DNA of 64,000 nt from Thermoplasmatota archaeon (lineage in GTDB: Archaea; Thermoplasmatota; Thermoplasmata; UBA10834). A model generated the notes under the pieces. That model did no database searches, was not told the DNA's origin, and worked only from the letters and a program-made list of their open reading frames with translations. The translations under genes and the position numbers were made by a program. Position 1 is the stretch's first letter. Every line of letters begins with the position of its first letter. The stretch covers positions 128,001-192,000 of the forward strand of contig JBFMHR010000003.1 of NCBI GenBank assembly GCA_040751795.1, given 5' to 3'. This document shows positions 1 to 10,193 of this stretch, in pieces.

Positions 1-289
1 GCGTGACGAGCGCCTGGTCGAGCGTCCTCCGTATGTCGGAGGTCGCCATCCTCTCGGTGGGCTTGTGGGAGTCGATCGACAGGGCGCGTATCATGGCCCG
101 GAGCTTCAGGAGCTTCTGCGAGGCCTCCGACGCGCTCGGCAGCGGCTCGCCGATCTTGAACTCCTCGTCCTGCTCGGTGAAGTCTATGAGGTGCAGTACT
201 CCCAGCTCGTAAAGGCACTCGATCGTGACATCGAGGCTCTCGATGGACCCGACGACTACCGCGCGGGTCATCTCCTCCGGCCTAAGCAT
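1..289 (-). CDS. atpI: A/V-type ATP synthase subunit I, N-terminal part (runs off the left edge)
   Basis: Manual translation of the minus strand from ATG at 289: MLRPEEMTRAVVVGSIESLDVTIECLYELGVLHLIDF..., a typical subunit I start; overlaps the stop of subunit H. Confidence 0.85.
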   Translation of the reverse strand, partial: MLRPEEMTRAVVVGSIESLDVTIECLYELGVLHLIDFTEQDEEFKIGEPLPSASEASQKLLKLRAMIRALSIDSHKPTERMATSDIRRTLDQALVT

Positions 290-608
290 CGGCTGCCCTC
301 TCGAACTCCGAAAGGACCAGAGCCTTCACCTTGCCCGAGTTCCTGCGGGCCCGCGAGACGAGGGCCTCCGCCTTCCTCGCGCCCTCGGCGAGGACGGCCT
401 GCTTCCGCGCGTCCACCGCCCTCTTCGCCTCGGCGTGGCGGGCGTCGACCTGCTTCCGGAGCTCGGAGTCGGCCGCCTCTACCCTCTCCAGCGCCCGCCT
501 CTTCCCGTCGGCCTGGAGCTGCTTGCGCTTATCCTCCGCATCCTTGACGACGGTGCGGACATGCTCCTCCGCCACCTTGATCTGGTGAAGGATCTCAGCC
601 TTCCCCAT
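282..608 (-). CDS. atpH: A-type ATP synthase subunit H (peripheral stalk)
   Basis: 108 aa charged helical protein (EILHQIKVAEE...AE...A) directly upstream of atpI. Confidence 0.8.
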   Translation of the reverse strand: MGKAEILHQIKVAEEHVRTVVKDAEDKRKQLQADGKRRALERVEAADSELRKQVDARHAEAKRAVDARKQAVLAEGARKAEALVSRARRNSGKVKALVLSEFERAADA

Positions 609-692
609 GTTGACACGTCCCCTGTGCTGATGCTGGTTTCCGTATAAATATGCTACTAGTTCGCCTGGCGGCGCCAGACTGCCGGGGCGCGC

Positions 693-1184
693 CTAGCCGG
701 AGAGCTTCCTCTCGAAGACCTTCTTGTCCATCCTCGCGACCTTGACGCCGGCCTGCTCGAGCAGCTCCAGCCCCGACAGGTCCGAGTAGTCCCCGATGTA
801 CACGACGCGCGCGACCTGCGCGTTCATAATCATGCGCGCGCAGATCGGGCAGGGGACGATGGTCGAGTAGAGGGTCGAGCCGCGGGCGTTCGTCCCGGCC
901 TGAAGGAGGGCGTTCTGCTCGGCGTGCACCGCGGTGCACGTCTCGAGCCTCGTGCCGGACGGGATGTTGAGCCGGTCCCTGATGCACCCCATCTCCTCGC
1001 AGTGGGGGAGGCCGCGGGGGTTGCCGTTGTAGCCCGTGCTCTTGATCTCCCCGTGCTCGCTCACGATTATCGCGCCTATGTGCCTGCGCGTGCAGGTGCT
1101 CCTCCGGCTGACCTCGATGGCTATGTTCATGAAGTACTCGTCCTTCGAGATCCTCTTGTTGCCGTGCTCGGACAAAGGCACCAC
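693..1184 (-). CDS. dCMP deaminase family protein
   Basis: HAEQNA and PCPIC Zn motifs, RSTCTRR and TGYNG motifs. Confidence 0.9.
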   Translation of the reverse strand: MVPLSEHGNKRISKDEYFMNIAIEVSRRSTCTRRHIGAIIVSEHGEIKSTGYNGNPRGLPHCEEMGCIRDRLNIPSGTRLETCTAVHAEQNALLQAGTNARGSTLYSTIVPCPICARMIMNAQVARVVYIGDYSDLSGLELLEQAGVKVARMDKKVFERKLSG

Positions 1185-1308
1185 TCTGGCGGTCTGAAGA
1201 CGCTTAGTGCATTTCTACCTTTGCCCCCGGCAGGCCCGGACCCAATGCTTACTTATGCCTCCACGCACTACACATCGACGGTGCTACGACGGTAGGGCCG
1301 GTGCTCCC

Positions 1309-1902
1309 TTGAAGAACAAGATGAAGGTCATCGCGGCGGCGCTCGCAGTGGCCGCGATAGCGATGTTGGCCTACTCCCTGTTGACGGGCGTCCCTACCGA
1401 CGAGGACACCACCGACCACCCCGGCATGTGGGACCCCGACCGGGCGTACTCGGACTACGGCCTCGTGGTCATCGTCGCGGCGTCGTTCCTGATCGCCGTC
1501 GCGGTCATGTTCATACTCCTCAGGGAGGAGTACGTGCCCCTGCCGCCCTCGATGACGCCGCCCCCGCCCCCTCCGCCGGAGAGGGCCCCGGCGGCGGAGC
1601 CCGTGCCGGTGCCCGATGCCGCCCCTCCCGAGGGCCCGGAGGAGAAGGCCGCCCGCCCCACCGAGGAGGTGGAGGCGGAGGAGAACTACCTCGTCCTGAG
1701 GCTCCTGTCCGGGGACGAGAGGGCCATGTTCAAGGCGATCATGGACTCCAAGGGGGAGGCCCTGCAGAAGGACCTGATGCAACGTACGAATATGTCCAAC
1801 GCCAAGGTCTCCCGGGTCCTGGAGAAGCTCGAGCAGAAAGGCGTCGTGTCGAAGGAGCGGTACGGCTCGACGAACAAGATACGGATCAGGCTCAGGACCT
1901 GA
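1309..1902 (+). CDS. Membrane-anchored winged-HTH transcriptional regulator (COG2512-like)
   Basis: Two TM helices, Pro-rich linker, C-terminal LSGDE...QKDL...SNAKVSRVLEKLEQKGVV..ERYGSTNKI wHTH; start uncertain (1309 or 1321). Confidence 0.75.
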   Translation: MKNKMKVIAAALAVAAIAMLAYSLLTGVPTDEDTTDHPGMWDPDRAYSDYGLVVIVAASFLIAVAVMFILLREEYVPLPPSMTPPPPPPPERAPAAEPVPVPDAAPPEGPEEKAARPTEEVEAEENYLVLRLLSGDERAMFKAIMDSKGEALQKDLMQRTNMSNAKVSRVLEKLEQKGVVSKERYGSTNKIRIRLRT

Positions 1903-1921
1903 GAACGGGGGGTCCGAGGGG

Positions 1922-1962
1922 TCACTTTTCAGAAAAGTGAGAACGTTCCGGGCACTTTTCAG
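1922..1962. promoter_or_regulatory. Putative operator: inverted repeat TCACTTTTC-A-GAAAAGTGA plus an extra CACTTTTCAG half-site
   Basis: Perfect 9-bp inverted repeat at 1922-1940 and half-site at 1953-1962, between the regulator and the small secreted ORF. Confidence 0.55.
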
Positions 1963-2067
1963 GATACCTCCAAATACCCTTTCACCGAAGGTCTAACACA
2001 AGAGGCGCGAAGGGCGGACGGGGTCTCCCCCCTGCCCCCGCGCCGGAAAAGGAAGAGGTGAACAAGG

Positions 2068-2379
2068 ATGAAGGCGACAATGATAGCCGCGATCGTTGGA
2101 GTGGTCGCGGTCCTCGGCTTCGCCGGGGTCGCGGCGGCTAGCGGCGCCCTGACGGCTTCGGGCTCGGACACGAGCGCGGACTCGGGCTCGAAGAAGGGCA
2201 TGGGGGCGAGCGACGGCGACGGTTCCGGGAACATGTGGAAGCACATGTGGGAGCACATGTGGCAGTGGATGTTCGGCGGCAACACGACCGAGACGCCCCA
2301 CGACTACAGCTACGACTACAACTACTCCTACGAGTACGACGTGGTCGACTGCCCCAGCGCCAACTGCACCTGCGGTTGA
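2068..2379 (+). CDS. Small secreted protein with Met/Trp/His and Tyr repeats
   Basis: GAGGTGA SD, signal peptide, MWKHMWEHMWQWM and HDYSYDYNYSYEYD repeats, C-terminal Cys residues. Confidence 0.7.
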   Translation: MKATMIAAIVGVVAVLGFAGVAAASGALTASGSDTSADSGSKKGMGASDGDGSGNMWKHMWEHMWQWMFGGNTTETPHDYSYDYNYSYEYDVVDCPSANCTCG

Positions 2380-2503
2380 TCGAGGAGCGGTCACTCGGCA
2401 AACCCCTTAACATGATTCATTCTGATACTCGCCGGCGGCCATGGGCACGTCGGCGCGGGGGCTGACCATATTGGTTTTATACCAATGCGCCACTGTACGC
2501 GTC

Positions 2504-3451
2504 GTGTCTAGCGAGTCAGGCGGCCGGGAGAGGAAGAAGCTCTCGCCGACCATGCTGTTCCTGCGCGACGCCGGGATCGCCCTGATCTTCGTGGCGAGCG
2601 TCCTCCTCGCGATGTACGCCTACACGGGCCTTTGGCCCCCGCTCGTCGTGGTCGAGTCGGGGAGCATGATGCACAGCGAGGAGAACGTCAGCTACATAGG
2701 CGTCATAGACACCGGGGACCTCGTCCTCGTCAAGTCGCTCGACTCGCCCTCTGAGATCGAGACGTACATGGACGGCTACGTCTCCGGGCACCGCACCTAC
2801 GACGACTACGGGGACGTGATCATCTACCTCCCGGGGGGCAACGAGCTCGCGACCCCCATAATCCACAGGGCGGTCCTCTACCTCGAGGCGAACTCCGACG
2901 GGGACAGCTTCAGGTGCGAGGCGCTGAGGGACGTCGACGACGGGAAGTGGGACACGACGGACCCCGGCGACACCTGGGACCGCCTCACGAGCACCATCCG
3001 GATCTACGACTACGGCTTCCAGTCCGAGACGGTCTCGATAGACACGACCAGGCTCGTGGTGGCGGACGGGTACGTCACCAGGGGGGACCACAACGACAAC
3101 ATCGACCAGGCCTACTCCAGCCGGAACACCCCCGTCAAGGTCTCCTGGGTCGTCGGGAAGGCCAGGGGCGAGATCCCCTGGTTCGGGCTCCTGAAGCTCT
3201 GGTCCACCGACACCCTCAAGGACGACGCCCCGCCGAACAGCGTCAGGAACCTCTGGATCAGCATGGCCTTCATCGTCATCGGGCCCATAATGCTCGATGT
3301 GTTCATCACCTACAAGATCAGGAAGAAGATCGCGAGGAAGCGCGAGGCGGCCATCAGGGAGTACCAGGCCGAGCAGAGCAGGATGCAGCCGCTCCAGCCC
3401 GAGAAGGAGGCGCCCCCGGACCCTCCAGCGGGCCCGGGCGGCCCGGCCTGA
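2504..3451 (+). CDS. Signal peptidase I (S26, archaeal Sec11 type)
   Basis: VVESGSM catalytic Ser, PIIHR, TRGDHN motifs; TATA at about 2475 suggests a leaderless GTG at 2504. Confidence 0.9.
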   Translation: MSSESGGRERKKLSPTMLFLRDAGIALIFVASVLLAMYAYTGLWPPLVVVESGSMMHSEENVSYIGVIDTGDLVLVKSLDSPSEIETYMDGYVSGHRTYDDYGDVIIYLPGGNELATPIIHRAVLYLEANSDGDSFRCEALRDVDDGKWDTTDPGDTWDRLTSTIRIYDYGFQSETVSIDTTRLVVADGYVTRGDHNDNIDQAYSSRNTPVKVSWVVGKARGEIPWFGLLKLWSTDTLKDDAPPNSVRNLWISMAFIVIGPIMLDVFITYKIRKKIARKREAAIREYQAEQSRMQPLQPEKEAPPDPPAGPGGPA

Positions 3452-4687
3452 TCACATCAGGGTCGTCTGGAACCGGAGCTTGTAGTTCTTCAGCTGGCCG
3501 AGGGTCTCGTCCTCCTCTATGACCCTCTTGGCCTCCATGGACGGGACGCTCAGCTCTATCTCCTTCGTCCTGCCGCCCCTGCCGAACGACTTCACGCGGG
3601 CGTGGACCAGCCCGAGCATGTCCAGCTCCGACACCAGGTCCGTGACCCTCCTCTGGGTGAGCACGGTGGTGGAGGTGCACTCGCAGAGCTCCTTGTAGGT
3701 CTCGTAGAGGTCGCCCGTGGTGAGCTTGCCCAGGCCGCGCTCCTCGGTCATCAGGACCCCCAGGAGGATCATCTTCGACTGGAGCGGGAGCGTGCGTATG
3801 GCCTCGGTGACGCAGTCGAGCTCGATCTTGTTCTTCGCCCTGACGACGTCGGAGTCCGTGACCGAGGTCATGTGGTTCCTCTCGGCGATCTCGGCCGCCA
3901 CCCTCAGGAGGTCGAGCGCCCTCCTGGCGTCCCCGTGTTCCTGCGCGGCGAGCGCGGCGCAGAGCGGGATGACGGACGGCTCGAGCGCGCTCTGCTCGAA
4001 GGCGAGGGCGGCGCGCTGGCCCAGGATGTCCCGCAGCTGCTCCGCGTTGTAGGGCGGGAACACCATCTTCTCCTCGCTGAGCGAGCTCTTGACCCTGGGG
4101 TCCAGGAACTCGGTGAACTTGAGGTCGTTGGAGATGCCGATGACGCTGACCTTGGCGTTCCTCAGGTCGTCGTTGATGCGGCAGAGGTGGTAGAGGACGT
4201 CGTCACCGCTCTTCGAGACCAGCTTGTCGATCTCGTCGAGGACTATGACGATGACCCTCCTCTCCTCGTCGATCTTCTCCCTGAGTATGTTGTAGACCCT
4301 CTCGGTGCTCCAGCCCGTGAAGGGTATGCGCTGGTCGAAGTCCTCGATGAACATGTTCCCGATGTTCTGGAGCACCCCGTACTGGGTGTCCACGACCTCG
4401 CAGTTCATGTAGAGGAAGCTGACGTTGCGGAGGTCGGAGCTGGCCCGCTCGATCTCCTTGCCGATGTACTTGATGGTGGCCGTCTTGCCCGTGCCGGTCT
4501 TGCCGAACAGGAGGACGTTCGACGGCCTCTGCCCCTCGAGGGCTGAGACCAGGACCGACGCCAGCTGGTTGATCTGCTCCTCGCGGTGGGGCAGCACGTC
4601 GGGTATGTACGATGGCCTCAGGACGTCCCTGTCGCCCTTGAAGACGGACTTCGTCCTGATGTACTGCTGGAATATGGTGTCCTGCAT
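3452..4687 (-). CDS. cdc6: Orc1/Cdc6 replication initiator
   Basis: PHREEQI, GKTGTGKT, VLDEID, HGDARRALDLLR, C-terminal wHTH (SFGRGGRT). Confidence 0.97.
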   Translation of the reverse strand: MQDTIFQQYIRTKSVFKGDRDVLRPSYIPDVLPHREEQINQLASVLVSALEGQRPSNVLLFGKTGTGKTATIKYIGKEIERASSDLRNVSFLYMNCEVVDTQYGVLQNIGNMFIEDFDQRIPFTGWSTERVYNILREKIDEERRVIVIVLDEIDKLVSKSGDDVLYHLCRINDDLRNAKVSVIGISNDLKFTEFLDPRVKSSLSEEKMVFPPYNAEQLRDILGQRAALAFEQSALEPSVIPLCAALAAQEHGDARRALDLLRVAAEIAERNHMTSVTDSDVVRAKNKIELDCVTEAIRTLPLQSKMILLGVLMTEERGLGKLTTGDLYETYKELCECTSTTVLTQRRVTDLVSELDMLGLVHARVKSFGRGGRTKEIELSVPSMEAKRVIEEDETLGQLKNYKLRFQTTLM

Positions 4688-4720
4688 CTAGCTGCCCCCG
4701 AAAGGAAAAAACGTTCCTTT

Positions 4721-5048
4721 CCCCTCCCCCGGCGCTTCCTGTGGAAGCCGCTCTCGGAATCCACTTGAAACGGTGGGATTTGGGGAATCGCGCGCACCGT
4801 ACTTAAGCGTTAATATTATCCTGGAAATTCATTTTTTGCGCAGCCCGTAAATTTTGGGGTTCCGGGCGAGCCAGATGAGGGGGACTCGTGCGCGGGCCGT
4901 GCGCGTGCGGGCGATGCTCGACCCCGTACATTGCGAAGGGGCCCCCCTCCTTTTCCGGTGCAGTCCGCGGCACGGGGGCGGGATGCGCGTCCCGCCTCAT
5001 AGCTCCACCGGAATCGCCGGTCGGACGACCACCCCTTCTAGTCGAAAT
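4721..5048. other. Probable replication origin (oriC): ORB elements flanking an AT-rich unwinding element
   Basis: TCCACTTGAAACGGTGGG (+, 4760-4777) and TGCACCGGAAAAGGAGGGGGG (-, 4942-4962) point inward at AT-rich 4801-4860; further ORB-like copies at 4721-4746 (-), 5004-5014 and 5036-5048; immediately upstream of cdc6. Confidence 0.8.
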
Positions 5049-5101
5049 CCGTCAGCGGAACCGATATCTTCCCGCGAACGCGTTACCTCGGGGTGACGTG
5101 G

Positions 5102-6403
5102 ATGAGAGCAATCGTCTTTTCGAGGTCCGCCGATACCTCCGAGATCATCTCACTCCTTGATACGTTACGTATCGACGTAGTAAAGGAATACGTACAGAAG
5201 AAGGAGGCGCACCCGACGAGCTACCTCGGTCCGGGTAAGTTGGAGGAGATCTCGGACGAGGTGAAGCGCGCCGACCCGGACTTCGTCGTGGTTAACGACC
5301 AGCTGAAGCCGTCCCAACACCACTTCCTCGAGATGAAGTTCCAGAAGGAGTGCATGGACAGGACCGGGGTGATCCTGAGGATATTCTCGGAGCATGCGCA
5401 CACGCCGGAGGCCATAGCTCAGGTGCAGCTCGCCCGCCTGAGGTACGAGCAGCCCTTCCTGAGGGAGTGGATACACAAGGCGAAGAGCGGGGAGAGGCCG
5501 GGGTTCTTGGCGGGAGGCGCGTACGCCACCGACGTCTACTACGAGCACGCCAAGTCACACATACGGAGGATAGAGGCGAGGCTGGAGGAGCTGTCGAGGA
5601 AGAGGGAGGTCAAGAGGAGCAGGAGGCACGAGGAGGGGTTCACCCTCGTCTCCCTGGCTGGATACACCAACGCTGGTAAGTCCGCCCTCATGAACGCCCT
5701 GTGCGGGTCCGAGGTCGAGGTGAGCTCCCAGCTCTTCTCCTCCCTCTCCACCACGACCAGGAGGGTGAGGGGGGTGAAAGGGAAGGTGCTGGCCATAGAC
5801 ACGGTCGGCTTCATCAGGGACCTCCCGACGGACCTCGTGGACGCGTTCAAGTCGACCCTGGAGGAGGTCTTCTTCGCAGACCTGATCCTGCTGGCGTTCG
5901 ATGCGAGCGAGGACGACAGGACCATCAGGAGGAAGCTCGAGACGTCGATGGACATCCTCATGCCCAGGATGGGCGAGGGGCAGGTCCTGGTCGTGGGCAC
6001 CAAGGTCGACCGTGTCTCCAAGGATAGGATGGACGAGGTGGACGCCCTCATCAGACCGGTCATCGGGCCGATGGACGTGGTGATGACGTCCTCCACATCG
6101 GGTCACGGACTCGAGACGCTGAGGGAGAGGATCTCGGACGTCCAAGGCCACACGTACGGGCTGGATGCGGTCCTCCCGTTGACCGACGCGAGCTTCAGCC
6201 TCCTGTCGCGCCTCCATAACGTCGCAGAGGTGTCGCACAGGGTCGAGGACGGCCAGCTCAGGGCGGAGCTGTGGTGCGGCCCGTCGGAGGCCGACAAGGT
6301 CCGCGGGTGGCTCTTGGCCGCCGGCGCGAAGGTCGTATCAGACGGTGAAAGGAAGGGCGGGCGCCGCCCCCGCCGTCCAACGGAAACGAAGGGGCCCCCC
6401 TGA
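5102..6403 (+). CDS. hflX: GTPase HflX
   Basis: YLGPGKLEE, DRTGVILRIF, GYTNAGKS, DTVGFI, TKVD motifs. Confidence 0.95.
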   Translation: MRAIVFSRSADTSEIISLLDTLRIDVVKEYVQKKEAHPTSYLGPGKLEEISDEVKRADPDFVVVNDQLKPSQHHFLEMKFQKECMDRTGVILRIFSEHAHTPEAIAQVQLARLRYEQPFLREWIHKAKSGERPGFLAGGAYATDVYYEHAKSHIRRIEARLEELSRKREVKRSRRHEEGFTLVSLAGYTNAGKSALMNALCGSEVEVSSQLFSSLSTTTRRVRGVKGKVLAIDTVGFIRDLPTDLVDAFKSTLEEVFFADLILLAFDASEDDRTIRRKLETSMDILMPRMGEGQVLVVGTKVDRVSKDRMDEVDALIRPVIGPMDVVMTSSTSGHGLETLRERISDVQGHTYGLDAVLPLTDASFSLLSRLHNVAEVSHRVEDGQLRAELWCGPSEADKVRGWLLAAGAKVVSDGERKGGRRPRRPTETKGPP

Positions 6404-6404
6404 C

Positions 6405-6797
6405 CTAGAGCCCGAACTCCTTCTTCTTCGCGAGGACCTCGTCCTCGTACCTCTGGGGCAGGGACCACGCGAGGAACTCGATGTCGTCCAGGTTCCGCAC
6501 GAACTTCGCCTTGCTCGGGGTCTTGATCAGGTCGTCGAGCTCCTTGGTCTTCTTCACGAAGTCGTAGAGCCACCATATCGATATGGCCAGCCCCAGGGGC
6601 CCGACCACGACCAGCCAGTACGCCCACGAGCCGATCGGCTCGGTGAGGTCCGTCAGGAACACCAGGTAGGACGGCAGGTCCTCCTCCAGGAACACCCCGA
6701 CCACCCCGACGACCGTCAGGAAACTGAAGACCACGATGAACAGGCCCGCCAGCTCCAGCCTGAACTCCGTCAGTACCCCTTTCGGCACTTGCCTCAC
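6405..6797 (-). CDS. Membrane protein, DUF3198-like
   Basis: Two TM helices followed by SKAKFVRNLDDIEFLAWSLP. Confidence 0.6.
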   Translation of the reverse strand: MRQVPKGVLTEFRLELAGLFIVVFSFLTVVGVVGVFLEEDLPSYLVFLTDLTEPIGSWAYWLVVVGPLGLAISIWWLYDFVKKTKELDDLIKTPSKAKFVRNLDDIEFLAWSLPQRYEDEVLAKKKEFGL

Positions 6798-6895
6798 CTC
6801 AGGGACCGATAACCCGAACCCCTTTTAAAATGATTCTGCAGGCCGGGCTGCATGCAGCCCCCCTCGATATAGGGCCCCCGCCCCATCCCGCGGCC

Positions 6896-7537
6896 ATGAA
6901 GGCCTTCGACCACCGCTCGGCCTCGGTCCTGGCGGCAGGTCTGCTGGCATCCATGGTGCTGCTGTCGGCGTCATCGGTCCCCCCCTCACTGACCGTGTCC
7001 GAGCTGTGGGGGCTGGGCGGGAACGCCCGCGTGACGGTGGAAGGCATCCTCGTCTCGCTGTGGACGTACGACTCGGGCGCGGAGGCGATCGTCCTCGCAG
7101 ACCATTCGGGGCCGCTGACCGCCAGGGTGATGTGCTCGCCGGGTCCCGGCCCTCCGCCGAGCGCGGCCGCCGCCGTGGGCGACCTGGTCTCCGCCTCCGG
7201 CGAGTGCGTGTTCGAGGACGGCGCCCCGACGGTCTTCTGCAGGTACGGCGACGTCCGCCTCCTGAAGGAGTCGCAGGACATCCTGACGGTCGGCCTGCTC
7301 GCCGAGTCGTGGGAGCTCTTCGAAGGGGACAGGTTCACCGTCCGCGGCGTGTGCGGGGTCGACCGGGCCGGCGCCCCGAGGCTCAGCGACCCGGACGGCG
7401 CCCATGGCTTCGCCCTGATCCTCGACGACGGCGTCGCCGCGGCCGAGGGGGAGGTCATCGTAGACTGCACCCTCGCGGTCGACCGCTCGACGATGGCCAT
7501 AGTGCTCGAGGCCCATTCAATCACCCCCGCGCGCTGA
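6896..7537 (+). CDS. Membrane-anchored hypothetical protein with probable OB-fold domains
   Basis: N-terminal hydrophobic helix; VTVEGIL...GDLVSASG and FTVRG patterns. Confidence 0.5.
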   Translation: MKAFDHRSASVLAAGLLASMVLLSASSVPPSLTVSELWGLGGNARVTVEGILVSLWTYDSGAEAIVLADHSGPLTARVMCSPGPGPPPSAAAAVGDLVSASGECVFEDGAPTVFCRYGDVRLLKESQDILTVGLLAESWELFEGDRFTVRGVCGVDRAGAPRLSDPDGAHGFALILDDGVAAAEGEVIVDCTLAVDRSTMAIVLEAHSITPAR

Positions 7538-7587
7538 CAACAAGCTTTTCTGGGCAGGCCGCGTTGGCCACCCCCGTGCCCGCAACG

Positions 7588-8901
7588 ATGCTCGCCTTCG
7601 ACGACACCGACTCGCCGGACGGCATGTGCACGACGTACCTCACCACGCTCGTCCTGGAGGAGCTGCCGGACCTGGACCTGCTGGGGTGGCCGAGGCTGGT
7701 GCGCCTCAACCCGAACGTGCCGTGGAAGACGCGGGGCAACGCGGCCGTCTGCCTGCCCCTGGGCCACGGCGAGGGCCGGGGCCGCCCGTGCGGGATGCTC
7801 GAGAGGGGCGAGGTCAGGTGGCACAGACGCGGGAGGCCCGCGGACCCGGGGGAGCTCCTCGAACGCGCCGCCAAGGTCGTCTCCAGGCACGCCATGTTCG
7901 ATTGCCACACCACCAACCCCGGCCTCGTCGCCTCCGTGCGCCGCCCCTCCCCCTCCCTCTACTGGAGGGCGGTCCGCGGGGTCGTGAGGCTCGAGGACGT
8001 CGAGGCGGAGCTCTCCTCCGCGGGGGCGTGCTGGCGCAGGTTCAAGAGCGGGCGTGGGGTCATCGGGGCCGCGTCGGCTATGGCGTGGAGGCCGAGGGAC
8101 AGGACATGGGAGGTCGTGGCGTACAGGTCCCCGGAGCGGTTCGGGACCCCCAGGGACATCTCGGCAGAGAGCGTCGCGGAGATGGACCGCGCTACCCGCT
8201 GGACGTTCAACAACTACGATCCCGAGAACGGCCACGTCGCCATCGCCCCGGGGTCCCCCTGCCCGGTGCTCTTCGGCATCAGGGGGGACTCCCCGCCTGA
8301 GCTCCTCAGGGCGAAGGACATGATCAGGGGCGAGCCGCCCGCGAAGTGGCTCCTCTACATGTCCAACCAGGGGACCGAGGACCACATCGTGAGCCGCAGG
8401 ATAGGCGAACTGGCCCCCGGCGACTCGGCCAAGGTCCGCGCCACCGTCGTCGCGGCCCCCTCGACCGTGCCTGGAGGGCACGTGATAGTCAGGCTCGGTG
8501 ACGGGGCCGAGGTCGACGCCGCCTTCTACGAGCAGTCGCGCGGCATGAGGGACGCCGCCCGGCACCTCATGCCCGGGGACGAGGTCGTCGCGTACGGCTC
8601 CGTCAGGTCGTCCCCCCGGTCCCTGAACGTCGAGAAGCTCCACGTGCTGAGGCTCAGCCCCCAGGTCAGGAAGTCGGCGAACCCGACCTGTCCGGCGTGC
8701 CGGAAGAGGATGGGCTCGATGGGCTCCGCGAAGGGCTTCCGGTGCAAGGTCTGCGGGGCCCGCGCCCCGCCAGAGGCGGCGGAGTACGAGGAGGTCCAGA
8801 GGTCCGTAGGGGTCGAATGGTACGAGCCGCCGGTCTCGTCCAGGAGGCACCTCCACAAGCCGTTACGGCGAATGTCGAGGGGTACCTTCAACAAAATATA
8901 A
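7588..8901 (+). CDS. tiaS: tRNA(Ile2) agmatidine synthetase
   Basis: FDDTDSPDGMCTTY, RLNPNVPWKTRGN, PCPVLFGIRG, SNQGT, C-terminal Zn ribbon and RRHLHKPL. Confidence 0.95.
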   Translation: MLAFDDTDSPDGMCTTYLTTLVLEELPDLDLLGWPRLVRLNPNVPWKTRGNAAVCLPLGHGEGRGRPCGMLERGEVRWHRRGRPADPGELLERAAKVVSRHAMFDCHTTNPGLVASVRRPSPSLYWRAVRGVVRLEDVEAELSSAGACWRRFKSGRGVIGAASAMAWRPRDRTWEVVAYRSPERFGTPRDISAESVAEMDRATRWTFNNYDPENGHVAIAPGSPCPVLFGIRGDSPPELLRAKDMIRGEPPAKWLLYMSNQGTEDHIVSRRIGELAPGDSAKVRATVVAAPSTVPGGHVIVRLGDGAEVDAAFYEQSRGMRDAARHLMPGDEVVAYGSVRSSPRSLNVEKLHVLRLSPQVRKSANPTCPACRKRMGSMGSAKGFRCKVCGARAPPEAAEYEEVQRSVGVEWYEPPVSSRRHLHKPLRRMSRGTFNKI

Positions 8902-8969
8902 ATACGCTCAGGGGAATCAACGCGACAGAATCCAGCGTCCCGGGGGACGGGCCGCTGCGGATGTGATTT

Positions 8970-10148
<1,179 letters not shown>

Positions 10149-10193
10149 GCCCCAGAAGGCACTTAACGGGGCGCGCTGATACGCGACCCCGCA

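Noticed and set aside
2231-2340. CRISPR-like repeats
   Set aside because: Short in-frame coding repeats without spacers; no cas genes or arrays seen in the window
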